Source of the DNA: a virus
Lineage: Duplodnaviria; Caudoviricetes
IMG/VR virus record: IMGVR_UViG_3300014590_000001
Coordinates: 64,001 to 128,000 of that record
Length of the DNA stretch: 64,000 bases
Reading direction: 5' to 3' (one strand)
The notes under the pieces were generated by a model. It did no database searches. It was given only the letters and a program-made list of their open reading frames with translations, and was not told the origin of the DNA. The translations under genes were made by a program, and so were the position numbers. This document shows positions 55,401 through 64,000 of the stretch, piece after piece. The first letter of the stretch is position 1. Each line of letters opens with the position of its first letter.

Positions 55401-57325
55401 TAGAACAAGCCCCCACGCTTTAACGCTCGCATTTCATAAGCAGTTGGTTGTCGCGAAACTGCGCCTGTATCAAGAGGCATAGTTTTATTCTGTTCGTAGT
55501 TTTGAACAGCTTTATAAATCGCGTCATTCGCTTTATGATTTGCTCGTGCCTGACGGAAAACATGTTTCTTCTTACCAGTTTTTCCAATCTCGTAAATTTC
55601 AGATTGTTCTCCGAAATCACGTCCTTTCAATCCTGGCCGACGAGCGCCGCCGAGTACAGCAGATTGAGATCCCAAAAGATTTGGAATACCAAGTGCCTGT
55701 TCAAGACCGCGACCAGTAGACAGACTTTTTGACACGGAAGAGAAACTATCCCCACCGCCGCCAGCGTCGTCTGCAATCTGGTACTGCTTGTCGATTTCTT
55801 GCTGACGCTTTTTGTATGCCAGCAGCTTGTGACGCAACGCGAGATCTTCATCCTGATCCATCAACAACTGATCAAAGTTGAATCCACCTGCCGCAGCAAT
55901 ACTACGCAGCGGAACAGGTACACCGAGTTCAGTCATTGCGCGTAAGTTTTCCATCATTGAGCTATCAATATCAGGACGCAATTGTTTCGACCAATGCACG
56001 TTAGGAATAAACAGTTTGCTACCGTCATTCAATCGGTACATGATTTCATTCAGACTGCCATCCATCAGGCCAGATTTTTTCATGATCTTGCCGTTCTTAC
56101 CAACAGCGTAACCGTTCATCAAACTAATGAGCGGGAAAACTTTCTCGTAGAAAATCTTACGAGTTGCAAAGTCACGGAATGCGCGGAGAGATTCGATGAA
56201 TACCGTTAGGCCAGTTGCCGCACTATCATAGTTCGCTTCACCGGAAAGTAATGCTTCAGAAATTCCGAGCAAGCGCATTTTGAACGATGCAGTCTGATCC
56301 CAAATATCGGTAATCTTCCAGAAGTCACCGCCCTGACGGAATTCACTAATGTTCACGCCTAAACGCGTTGTGATGATAGAACCGATTGGGTCACTATCCG
56401 CATTCAGAAGTAAGTCAGTGATGAAGTCCATTTCTTCTTGTGACGGTTCCCACTGATCGCCATCGCCTAACTGCGCGTGAAGGATACCACGCTGACGGCG
56501 ACCGGATTCAATGAGTGTGCCACGATAAAGGTTTTTCTCGATTAACCAGATAGGCAGCATACGACGAAACGCACTCACACCTTCACCATAAGTAAAAGTT
56601 TTGCGCGGAATATAAATCGTGCCAACCGGATCGAGTTCAACCAAACTTTCGTTCAGCATTTTATCAACGAAACCCGCACCTAATTCTTTGCGGATTGCAT
56701 CAACACGTTTGCTGTCTTTGGAGAATGCGCGTTTCACATCTTGCGGAACACGTAACTCAAAGATTGGGTCTTGTGACATTAACGGGAACGGAGTCGCTTC
56801 GATGTTATCGTAGCGGTGAGTCATCATATCAATGAACTTTTTTCGTTCCTTGTTGTAAAGCATACTGCCGCAGAACGCACCAGTTACCAACAGATCGGTT
56901 GTGATGTTTGGCATACTGGCAGACAGTGAAAGGCGCTCGTTCACCTCGTAATAAGGATCAAGCACACTATCTTTCGCGCCGCTAAAACTCACATCGGAGA
57001 ATGGCAGCGTACTGAATAAATCAACGTAACTGCCGCCGATTGGATCGAAGAAATAAATATCGCGGTACACGTTAAAGAGTTGGCGATCATCAGCTTCATA
57101 ATCCATACCCTCCAACATTGGTGACAAGTCGATATCAAGTGGAACGCCGCCCACCTGAATATTCCCGCCGCTTGTGCCGCCACCGGAAGAAACAGACTGA
57201 ACCGATTTTTTGGCTTGTGCTGTTTCTTTCGCATCAGATCCTAAAGGGCGTTTAGCTTTTGCAGCGGGTGCGGAACCTTTATTGATTTTCGGTTCACGCA
57301 CTTCGCGACCAAGTTTAATAGCCAT
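55400..57325 (-). CDS. Putative portal protein
   Basis: 641 aa, downstream of TerL. YR..Y..DPI.GS.VD...T.P.S, YG.G.S, LGISEALLSGEANY are portal-like. Confidence 0.7.
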   Translation of the reverse strand: MAIKLGREVREPKINKGSAPAAKAKRPLGSDAKETAQAKKSVQSVSSGGGTSGGNIQVGGVPLDIDLSPMLEGMDYEADDRQLFNVYRDIYFFDPIGGSYVDLFSTLPFSDVSFSGAKDSVLDPYYEVNERLSLSASMPNITTDLLVTGAFCGSMLYNKERKKFIDMMTHRYDNIEATPFPLMSQDPIFELRVPQDVKRAFSKDSKRVDAIRKELGAGFVDKMLNESLVELDPVGTIYIPRKTFTYGEGVSAFRRMLPIWLIEKNLYRGTLIESGRRQRGILHAQLGDGDQWEPSQEEMDFITDLLLNADSDPIGSIITTRLGVNISEFRQGGDFWKITDIWDQTASFKMRLLGISEALLSGEANYDSAATGLTVFIESLRAFRDFATRKIFYEKVFPLISLMNGYAVGKNGKIMKKSGLMDGSLNEIMYRLNDGSKLFIPNVHWSKQLRPDIDSSMMENLRAMTELGVPVPLRSIAAAGGFNFDQLLMDQDEDLALRHKLLAYKKRQQEIDKQYQIADDAGGGGDSFSSVSKSLSTGRGLEQALGIPNLLGSQSAVLGGARRPGLKGRDFGEQSEIYEIGKTGKKKHVFRQARANHKANDAIYKAVQNYEQNKTMPLDTGAVSRQPTAYEMRALKRGGLF

Positions 57326-57337
57326 TAGAATTCCCCG

Positions 57338-57559
57338 TTATTCAGGCAGCGCCATGCTTACCCTGCAATTTGTGCAGAAGCGCACTGGTTCACCTGAAAG
57401 AAGTTTTGATTCAACCGTAGCTGAAGAACATTTCGGACACACCATAGGATCGGTAATGTTGAAAGCCGAAACAGACTTCACCTCTTCTTTATTTACAGAT
57501 GAAGTGGACGAAACTTTGGTATCTTCTAAAACGGGATTGAAAAATCTTTTCGTGGTCAT
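57338..57559 (-). CDS. Small Zn-ribbon protein
   Basis: AGGAG RBS; CPKC...CTNC. Confidence 0.65.
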   Translation of the reverse strand: MTTKRFFNPVLEDTKVSSTSSVNKEEVKSVSAFNITDPMVCPKCSSATVESKLLSGEPVRFCTNCRVSMALPE

Positions 57560-57623
57560 TACTTCTCTCCTTTGGAATAGGACGAGTGGGAACAATGTTC
57601 CCACCGTATACATCCAAATTACT

Positions 57624-60437
57624 TTATTTTTGTCCTATTCTACGCGTCCTCACTGAACCAATCGACAAGCCTGAACCGATAGAAGACGAAGCACTGCCTG
57701 TATTCTTACGGCCTTTGGTCATACCCAAACGAGAAGGATCGCGGTTAACGTGAACTGCCTCGCGGATAGTCAATTCTTCCTCATAGTTGCCACACTCGAA
57801 ACCGTAAACCATCAGCGCCATTGCTCGCCAACTATCATCCGTTGCGCCCATGTTTTTAATAACACTGCGTCCGGTATCCTGTACGGTTTGAATCTGCATA
57901 ATAAGGTGTTCAGTCGGTTTGTTTTCGAAGCAATACGGATATTGTTCGCCGTCATAAAGAAGCGTGTCACCGATTTTTTCTGCATGTTGCATTCGCGGTA
58001 AACTAATGCGTGGAATTTCTGACTCCAACATTGTTTTAACTGTCCAAAGATCGCTGTACTTCAGACTGTATTTATCCGCAGCTTCAATGCCACCTTTTAA
58101 TTTGGCATCTTGCAGAAGTTTGATTGAGTTCCATTGGTCAGCCAGCAAAACTTTTACGTTTCGTTTGTGACACAACGGAATAAGAAGTTCATCAAATATC
58201 AGTGTGTAGTTCAGAGGAATCCCAGGCAACGGAATAATCTCTGCAATACAATCCACGCTAATAATTCCCGCAGCATTTCGGGAACCAACAACCATCGCGA
58301 AACTGTTATTACTGAAACCAGCATCGAGCGCCATAATACTAGGCTGAGTTGTTGTAGCGGCTTTCAACAATGTACCGTAACGTTGTTTGGAACCGTCTTT
58401 GTGTCGCACAATCTTGTGAGAGTATACGCACATGTTTCGGCCTTTCTCTCGAATCGCTTTGGAAACGAAAACAGGCTGAGTGATAAACGGATTCGCAGAC
58501 AACGGGGCTTCTGCCCCATAGTCACGCGCAGCGCCAACAGGATCGCGTCGGAATGCTTCTTCCAAGAACGCACTGTTACGCGGCATCGTTGGGTTCATCT
58601 TCCACGTAGGCGCATGAATGCCGAGAAGTTTTGAACTGCCGACACTACTTCGCATTAGCTCGTTGATTTTGTCACGCGCATGAACAGGACTACTAACGTT
58701 AAACATGTATCCAGTAAATGCGCGATCATAACCCGCAGCAATAAGTTTATTTTCTGCCGCACGAACAGTAGCAAGAGATCGATCAAGTGCGCCGTAAACC
58801 ATACCAGCACTTACTTTAACTTTCTTACTGTCTGCATCGTTATCAAAGTATGCGATTTCATCGAGTGCGCCGAAGATACGTGTACGACCACGCAAGATAC
58901 GACCGTCTGGGCCAGCAGGATAAACAATCAAGTTACGGTGTCCGTATAACACAAACGTGTCACGAATCTTCATTACTTCGATACCGTATTTTCTTTCTTG
59001 TCGCCTGATAACTTCGTGATATTTTTGGAACCACGGACTATCAGATATCATGTTGAAGTACGGTGTCCACAAAGTATCTTTCGCTTGTGATTGCGTCAGC
59101 GCTACGAAAGTTCCGTGAAGAATTGTCGTGTTACTGATTCCAAGAATACCAGTGGGAGACTGCGACTTTAAGATGATATGTGTGAGATACGTGGAACACA
59201 TTGCAACAACGATTGACTTACCGCTGTTATGGTTGAGCAAGCCACCTGCAACGAATTGCGGCATCCCTTCCATAACCAAGTCATACGTTATTTGATCTTC
59301 CGTGTCTTCAATGCTTTCAATTTTTATAAACAGAGACTTTGAGACAACTGGAATATCAAGGTCAAATATAACAGAATACTCATTGCCAACATTTCTGACA
59401 ACAGGCAGATAGCCAGCGTTAAGAAGGATAGACCAAGCCATTTGAGCCATCGACTCGCTGGCGGTATACACATATTTATTTTCATTAGATATCGAGTTAC
59501 GTCGTAAGTATTCCAGCGCAGCATCGCGTGTAGCAAGGCCAGCTTCTTCAATCGTCATAGGCAACGTGACTTTCTTGCCCCAAACATTCGTACCTACGCA
59601 AAGTTGGACGTGATCATCCGTGGTCAGTTTTTTAACGCGCTTGAATCCAGTTTCCGTTCGCAGAGGATGATCGGGAGTTGCATCAATGTGCATTCCGTTT
59701 TGCAGCGTTACGCGTTTTGTTGTTCCGTTCGTACTAACGTAAAGCTGTTTGATCTTCTCTAACTTATTTCCTGTACTCGCTTTCATATTGCTGAGGCGAG
59801 GAACATGGAACCCAGGAGTATCGTGACCAATAAACATATGACTAATAGGCAACAGGCCGCGCTCTGTAATAACAGGAGTGCTTGCGCCTACACAACGTTG
59901 TCCTGCGTTTACTGCAAGTTCGTTGTAGAAGTTCATTTCTTTATTGTGCATCAATTCGCTACGACGCGCTTCGCACTTTGGACAGGCACCATGCTCAAGA
60001 AGAACAAGGTGCTTTTTAATTCCTGCCAAACCTTCTTGCGGTTCGTGCGCTTCAGTTGGCAACCAATCCAGATCGCTACAGCGAGGACAGATTTCACCAA
60101 ACAAACGCAAGCCAATTAATGCCTGTTCAAGATACGGCGATTGCTTCAGGAAGTTGGGGGAAGTAACCCACTCCAAAAAGTTTTTCGCTTGTGGACACGC
60201 GCTATCATCGAATTTTAAATCTCGTGGCACTAGCGATTTATCTTTCAACGCCGTGTCTACGAGATCAACGATATTTACTTCACCTTCATTGAGAAAAGAA
60301 ACATCCGCTGTTTTCTTATCTTCGACGAAAGTTAAATCCTCGCCATCTTCATCTTCGTTATCGTTCAACAAAGTTTCGAAAGCTAAAATGCGCTTCGGTT
60401 TTAATTGAAGCGCAGGTGGTTTAGGTTTCTTTGCCAT
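57624..60437 (-). CDS. terL: Terminase large subunit (intein-containing)
   Basis: Walker A GQR/SGKS interrupted by an intein, LRGRT, Walker B ALDE, SSP, nuclease ALDAG...DQWNS...DD. Confidence 0.85.
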   Translation of the reverse strand: MAKKPKPPALQLKPKRILAFETLLNDNEDEDGEDLTFVEDKKTADVSFLNEGEVNIVDLVDTALKDKSLVPRDLKFDDSACPQAKNFLEWVTSPNFLKQSPYLEQALIGLRLFGEICPRCSDLDWLPTEAHEPQEGLAGIKKHLVLLEHGACPKCEARRSELMHNKEMNFYNELAVNAGQRCVGASTPVITERGLLPISHMFIGHDTPGFHVPRLSNMKASTGNKLEKIKQLYVSTNGTTKRVTLQNGMHIDATPDHPLRTETGFKRVKKLTTDDHVQLCVGTNVWGKKVTLPMTIEEAGLATRDAALEYLRRNSISNENKYVYTASESMAQMAWSILLNAGYLPVVRNVGNEYSVIFDLDIPVVSKSLFIKIESIEDTEDQITYDLVMEGMPQFVAGGLLNHNSGKSIVVAMCSTYLTHIILKSQSPTGILGISNTTILHGTFVALTQSQAKDTLWTPYFNMISDSPWFQKYHEVIRRQERKYGIEVMKIRDTFVLYGHRNLIVYPAGPDGRILRGRTRIFGALDEIAYFDNDADSKKVKVSAGMVYGALDRSLATVRAAENKLIAAGYDRAFTGYMFNVSSPVHARDKINELMRSSVGSSKLLGIHAPTWKMNPTMPRNSAFLEEAFRRDPVGAARDYGAEAPLSANPFITQPVFVSKAIREKGRNMCVYSHKIVRHKDGSKQRYGTLLKAATTTQPSIMALDAGFSNNSFAMVVGSRNAAGIISVDCIAEIIPLPGIPLNYTLIFDELLIPLCHKRNVKVLLADQWNSIKLLQDAKLKGGIEAADKYSLKYSDLWTVKTMLESEIPRISLPRMQHAEKIGDTLLYDGEQYPYCFENKPTEHLIMQIQTVQDTGRSVIKNMGATDDSWRAMALMVYGFECGNYEEELTIREAVHVNRDPSRLGMTKGRKNTGSASSSIGSGLSIGSVRTRRIGQK
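59226..59894 (-). mobile_element. Intein (223 aa) with degenerate endonuclease remnant
   Basis: N-terminal CVGASTPV, block B ATPDHP, block F/G TYDL......F.AGGLLNHN followed by Ser+1. Confidence 0.9.
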
Positions 60438-61200
60438 TACGTTGTGAGAGTCCTCTCGCGGTTCCTAACAACGGCATCTGACCATTCGCGATAATTCCGT
60501 CATGTCCATTCATCAGACGACGTAGCAGATTACTTTTCTGCGCACCGGAGCGTTCAGATCGAACACCGTCGAACGATTTGATCAACCAATCTTTCAATAC
60601 ATCCGCACGGACGTTATCAGGAATGTTGTCGCACGTTTTCATAGTCTCGCTGATCATATCAGCAAGGGTGACACTTCCGATATAACCGAGAAGTTCATCG
60701 TCGATTTCAATATCGGTTTTAAGAATGTCACGCACAACTGCTTCGGACTCACCTGCGGCAATATCATAACCGAGAAGCAACGGAATAGAACGGCGCAAGA
60801 ATAAACTGCGGAACGTGTCTGCCTTTTCTTCTACGTTGTCGATGATATCGGTTACTTGATCGTCTGAAACTTCGATGACGTTTTCCGAACTAATGCCATC
60901 TTTGTTGGAGCGATTTCTGATTCGGTGGAGTTCAGGTCGGATAAGCAAACGGTTTTCCGTTTTCTGGATTGCGTCGGCTGTTTCATCGAGATCGATTTCG
61001 TCGTCTGTTCCATAATCAACATCCAAATTGTGAATCTTGTGAATCCCACGTTCTTTTCTGACAGGCGATATTGTGTTGCTCATATCGCCCAACATCCAAC
61101 TTTCTTCCACTTGCTTGATGGAGTTATCGCAAGGGAATGACCAGCGAGGAACCATTTCTTCTGATTCCATTATGCCGTAAGGAGATTCATATTTACTCAA
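60421..61200 (-). CDS. Hypothetical protein upstream of TerL (candidate terminase small subunit by position only)
   Basis: Probable TTG start at 61200; overlaps the TerL start. Confidence 0.55.
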   Translation of the reverse strand: MSKYESPYGIMESEEMVPRWSFPCDNSIKQVEESWMLGDMSNTISPVRKERGIHKIHNLDVDYGTDDEIDLDETADAIQKTENRLLIRPELHRIRNRSNKDGISSENVIEVSDDQVTDIIDNVEEKADTFRSLFLRRSIPLLLGYDIAAGESEAVVRDILKTDIEIDDELLGYIGSVTLADMISETMKTCDNIPDNVRADVLKDWLIKSFDGVRSERSGAQKSNLLRRLMNGHDGIIANGQMPLLGTARGLSQRNGKET

Positions 61201-62668
61201 GAACTTTCTTCCGCTTTTTCTTCTTCGACGTGCCTTTGTCTTCGTCACCTTCGAAAGCAGAATTAACAATCATACTTGCGCGACGATTAGGTTTCAGATC
61301 TGCGAGTTCCATCGGCTCACGTTTCTTCTTCCCAAATTTACCGCCACCTTTTCTGAATTGTTCTTTGTTATCTTCCGGAGACAACTCGCGAACTTCGCCG
61401 TCGCCGTCCAGTACCTGCATCTGTTTGAAGTTTTCTTTGAGCGGCATTTCAAACAGTTCACCGTCACGCGCTTTCGTTACCTGAATCGGCAGCACACCAG
61501 TTTCACGTACTTCCGGATCTGAGTAGTTCCAGATCCAAACAACGTCGGCGTGTTCCTGCATTGCGCGTGAATAACGAATCTTACCTGTCTCGCTATCAAG
61601 CTGAACCAGAATGATAATCAGTTTGCCGCTTTGTTGTGTCTGTACTTTCGCACGACGCACAACACTGCCTAAGTTCTTCCACTGATCACCATCATCAACA
61701 CCTTCCAACAGACCTACGTAATCCAACACGGTTACTTCTGCGTTGTATGCCGTCGCCATATACAGCACATCGTCAATCGACATGCCGCGATCCGGAGAAA
61801 CAAAACTGTTACGGCCTTTATTTTTACGCATTTGTTTGTCGTAAAGTTTTGCGGCCTTAAAGACTTGTTTCTTTTCTTTGGTTGAAAGTTTGTTCTGCTT
61901 AATCTTCCAGAATTCAACGCCGGAGATCATCGCAAGCATACGGTTCATTTCCTGTTCCTCTGTCATTTCAAGAGTTATCTTGAGACAGTGGATACCGTTT
62001 GCCCGTGACATTCGATCTGCGAGGTTCATACTGAAAACAGATTTACCGCCTGACGTAGACGCGCCGAGAATTACAACGCCCGTTGTTGGTAAACCTGCGT
62101 TCTTATCGTCATACGCTTTGTATCCTGTCTTATACAGAATTTCAGCAGGTGAGTTAAGAACTTTCTTCGCGAGTTTTAACGCGTTCGATTTCTTTCCACC
62201 GAAAGAGTGAACACGTTCGTTTGACGATCCACCTTTCGCCTGATTCAGTTTGTCGGCAAGCGTGAGCAGATAAGTATCTTCATCAAACTCTTCTTCGTCA
62301 CCTTCCAAATCTTTTGCGATACTGCGCCCAACCTGCATGATCGTTCTACGCTTACGATAACGCATTAACGGTTCGAGAATACGCTCAAAACCTTTCATGC
62401 TTTTCGCTGGCGCTTCTTCACTGCTTCGAAGTTCGTCGCGATAGTCGGCGTTCAGGTTCGGATCTTCCAGCAGGTCTTCCCAATCAAGCACCATCGCGCG
62501 GGATTCAAGCAAACGCGATATTCGTTTGTACGCTTTCTTTGTTACTTCGGAGCTGAACATATCCGGAGACAAACGACCGAGCATACTTACGCGATGGGCT
62601 TTTTTAATATCCGGACTAGTGACTGTCCGGAGCGCTTTAATCTCTAATGCCAGTGAGAAAAGTTCCAT
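61193..62668 (-). CDS. dnaB: DnaB-like replicative helicase
   Basis: GASTSGGKS, LEM...Q, LDYVGLL, QL, ADVV, KARDG. Confidence 0.88.
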   Translation of the reverse strand: MELFSLALEIKALRTVTSPDIKKAHRVSMLGRLSPDMFSSEVTKKAYKRISRLLESRAMVLDWEDLLEDPNLNADYRDELRSSEEAPAKSMKGFERILEPLMRYRKRRTIMQVGRSIAKDLEGDEEEFDEDTYLLTLADKLNQAKGGSSNERVHSFGGKKSNALKLAKKVLNSPAEILYKTGYKAYDDKNAGLPTTGVVILGASTSGGKSVFSMNLADRMSRANGIHCLKITLEMTEEQEMNRMLAMISGVEFWKIKQNKLSTKEKKQVFKAAKLYDKQMRKNKGRNSFVSPDRGMSIDDVLYMATAYNAEVTVLDYVGLLEGVDDGDQWKNLGSVVRRAKVQTQQSGKLIIILVQLDSETGKIRYSRAMQEHADVVWIWNYSDPEVRETGVLPIQVTKARDGELFEMPLKENFKQMQVLDGDGEVRELSPEDNKEQFRKGGGKFGKKKREPMELADLKPNRRASMIVNSAFEGDEDKGTSKKKKRKKVLE

Positions 62669-62676
62669 ATCAATTC

Positions 62677-63033
62677 CTACATCATTCGAATTACATGCGG
62701 ATATTTTTCTTCTACTTCAGCCAACCATTCCGCAATATTGTTTTCGCGAGCAGGACGCACTAAGCGATTTTTCTTTTCACGATCCATGAACATATCAACG
62801 GCACGAAATGCGAACGGGCTTTTGAGCACCGCAACAGCCGCCTGAATATCGTCACGATTATATGCGTACTTAATATTGATATCGTGAACGAGGCGACTGA
62901 GTTGCATCACGTTTGATTTTTGAATTGTTTGGTAAACCACATAACAGAGCGCACGTTTATATTCCGGATCTAACGTGCGAGGGAACAAAGAGAAAGCAGA
63001 TTTTTCAAGTTCGGAATCAATGCAGCTATACAT
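62677..63033 (-). CDS. Hypothetical protein
   Basis: GAGG RBS before MYSCID. Confidence 0.6.
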   Translation of the reverse strand: MYSCIDSELEKSAFSLFPRTLDPEYKRALCYVVYQTIQKSNVMQLSRLVHDINIKYAYNRDDIQAAVAVLKSPFAFRAVDMFMDREKKNRLVRPARENNIAEWLAEVEEKYPHVIRMM

Positions 63034-63040
63034 TTGTACC

Positions 63041-64000
63041 TCATGCAATCTGTAACGCACTGCGCAGAGAGTTAAGGCCAGCTTCTACTGCCTCCACGGA
63101 AACGTCCAGCCACTTCGCCAGCACCTTGCGCACAGTTGCGATTGGTTTTGCGACAAGCCATTCTGTTCCGTTACTCAAGCGTTTGCCAAGTAAATTGTTT
63201 TGCGACAGATATTCTGAGAATCCATGATCTTCGCGTCCGAGAACAACACTGTAAAGTTTACCGCGCTTCTTGTCGCCGTTCTTATCCAACAGGCGATCAA
63301 TAGCAATTCGAGTTTCCAGTTGTTCAACAGGAGTTGTTGATGGTTCTGCGAGATCTTCGTAAGTACGTTCGTTATCAGAATCGCCCAAACCGATATTCTG
63401 GTTGAGTTGGTTGTCTGACATAACGATCAGTTCGAATCCATCCCCTGACTTCTGCATACGCTTGCGCTTGTCAGCAGAGTAGAAGTGGTTCATGTTATTA
63501 ATTATATTTTCCAGCGAGCGGCGCAGATAATTCAATTGATGTTGGAAACTGTACGCGTTCGGCAGACTTGAGTAATAACTCACGATCAGTTTGCACGTTA
63601 CATCACACACCAGATCCTGAGCAGGAATGTTGTGCGACTTCATAACCCAACGTAATTGTTTCTTCACGCGCCCTGCAATGTTCTTATTCAACACCGCAGT
63701 CAGTTCGTTAATCTGAGCCATGCGCGTTGCAAGTTCGTGGTGATTGACTTGCTTTGCACACAACGTTTTGTGTTTTGCTTTCGCAGTCTTCAGCAGCATT
63801 TTACGGCAGCGAATATCTGCAAGCATCAGCTTCCAAATCTGAATTGCATCAGAGCGGAGCACACCGAATTTTTTATACGAGAGGACGACACCCTTGAGAT
63901 CATCTTTCTTCGCGAGGCAAATCGAAAGAGCGTAAAAACGAATGTTCGTGACAAAACGACAAATCGAACCAACGTCCAGACGGAAATCAGCAGCAGAAAA
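63041..64000 (-). CDS. Sigma-factor-like transcription protein; 5'-truncated by the window edge
   Basis: The frame is open to nt 64000. QDL......L...Y.....F....YL..SL.N....and later EDL...IDRLL loosely resemble sigma regions 2-4. Confidence 0.35.
   Translation of the reverse strand, partial: FSAADFRLDVGSICRFVTNIRFYALSICLAKKDDLKGVVLSYKKFGVLRSDAIQIWKLMLADIRCRKMLLKTAKAKHKTLCAKQVNHHELATRMAQINELTAVLNKNIAGRVKKQLRWVMKSHNIPAQDLVCDVTCKLIVSYYSSLPNAYSFQHQLNYLRRSLENIINNMNHFYSADKRKRMQKSGDGFELIVMSDNQLNQNIGLGDSDNERTYEDLAEPSTTPVEQLETRIAIDRLLDKNGDKKRGKLYSVVLGREDHGFSEYLSQNNLLGKRLSNGTEWLVAKPIATVRKVLAKWLDVSVEAVEAGLNSLRSALQIA

Noticed and set aside
1-64000. Stop-codon recoding
   Set aside because: Genes tile densely in the standard code, and TAA, TAG and TGA all end genes.
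1-64000. tRNA, rRNA or IS elements
   Set aside because: Intergenic gaps are short, and no cloverleaf, rRNA or transposase signatures were recognised by eye.

Overview
This 64-kb window is a gene-dense segment of a large lytic dsDNA tailed phage in the standard genetic code, most likely a jumbo myovirus of a Gram-negative host (inferred from the spanin-like lipoprotein, the phage-encoded Dam methylase and the enterobacterial-style RBSs). Two arms converge on a bidirectional terminator at about 22.75 kb. The + arm (1-22.7 kb) is a virion-appendage module. It holds an ILEI/Calx-beta adhesin-like protein, a collagen fibre and a DUF2793 fibre. Next come a tandem 'MKFCSVG' paralog set with a decayed third copy and about nine translationally coupled paralogs sharing a small scaffold that carries different inserted lectin-like domains. 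The arm ends with a holin/spanin cassette. The - arm (22.8-64 kb) starts at the far end with a sigma-like protein, DnaB helicase, intein-containing terminase, portal, 5'-3' exonuclease, macrodomain, a frameshifted TOPRIM primase-like gene, Dam, dCMP deaminase and ThyA. It continues into a long accessory run rich in candidate counter-defence or host-mimic genes: Tad2/DUF2829, AcrVA2-like, small alarmone hydrolase, MazG-like, ART, ASCH, ABC ATPase, a stand-alone AlaRS-like fragment and a peptide resembling the NrdA redox tail. A repeated 11-mer (AACTGTAAATA) overlaps or directly follows stop codons just upstream of hairpins and is a candidate phage regulatory element. No tRNA, rRNA, CRISPR array or IS element was recognised. 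All family calls come from motifs read by eye, not from database searches.
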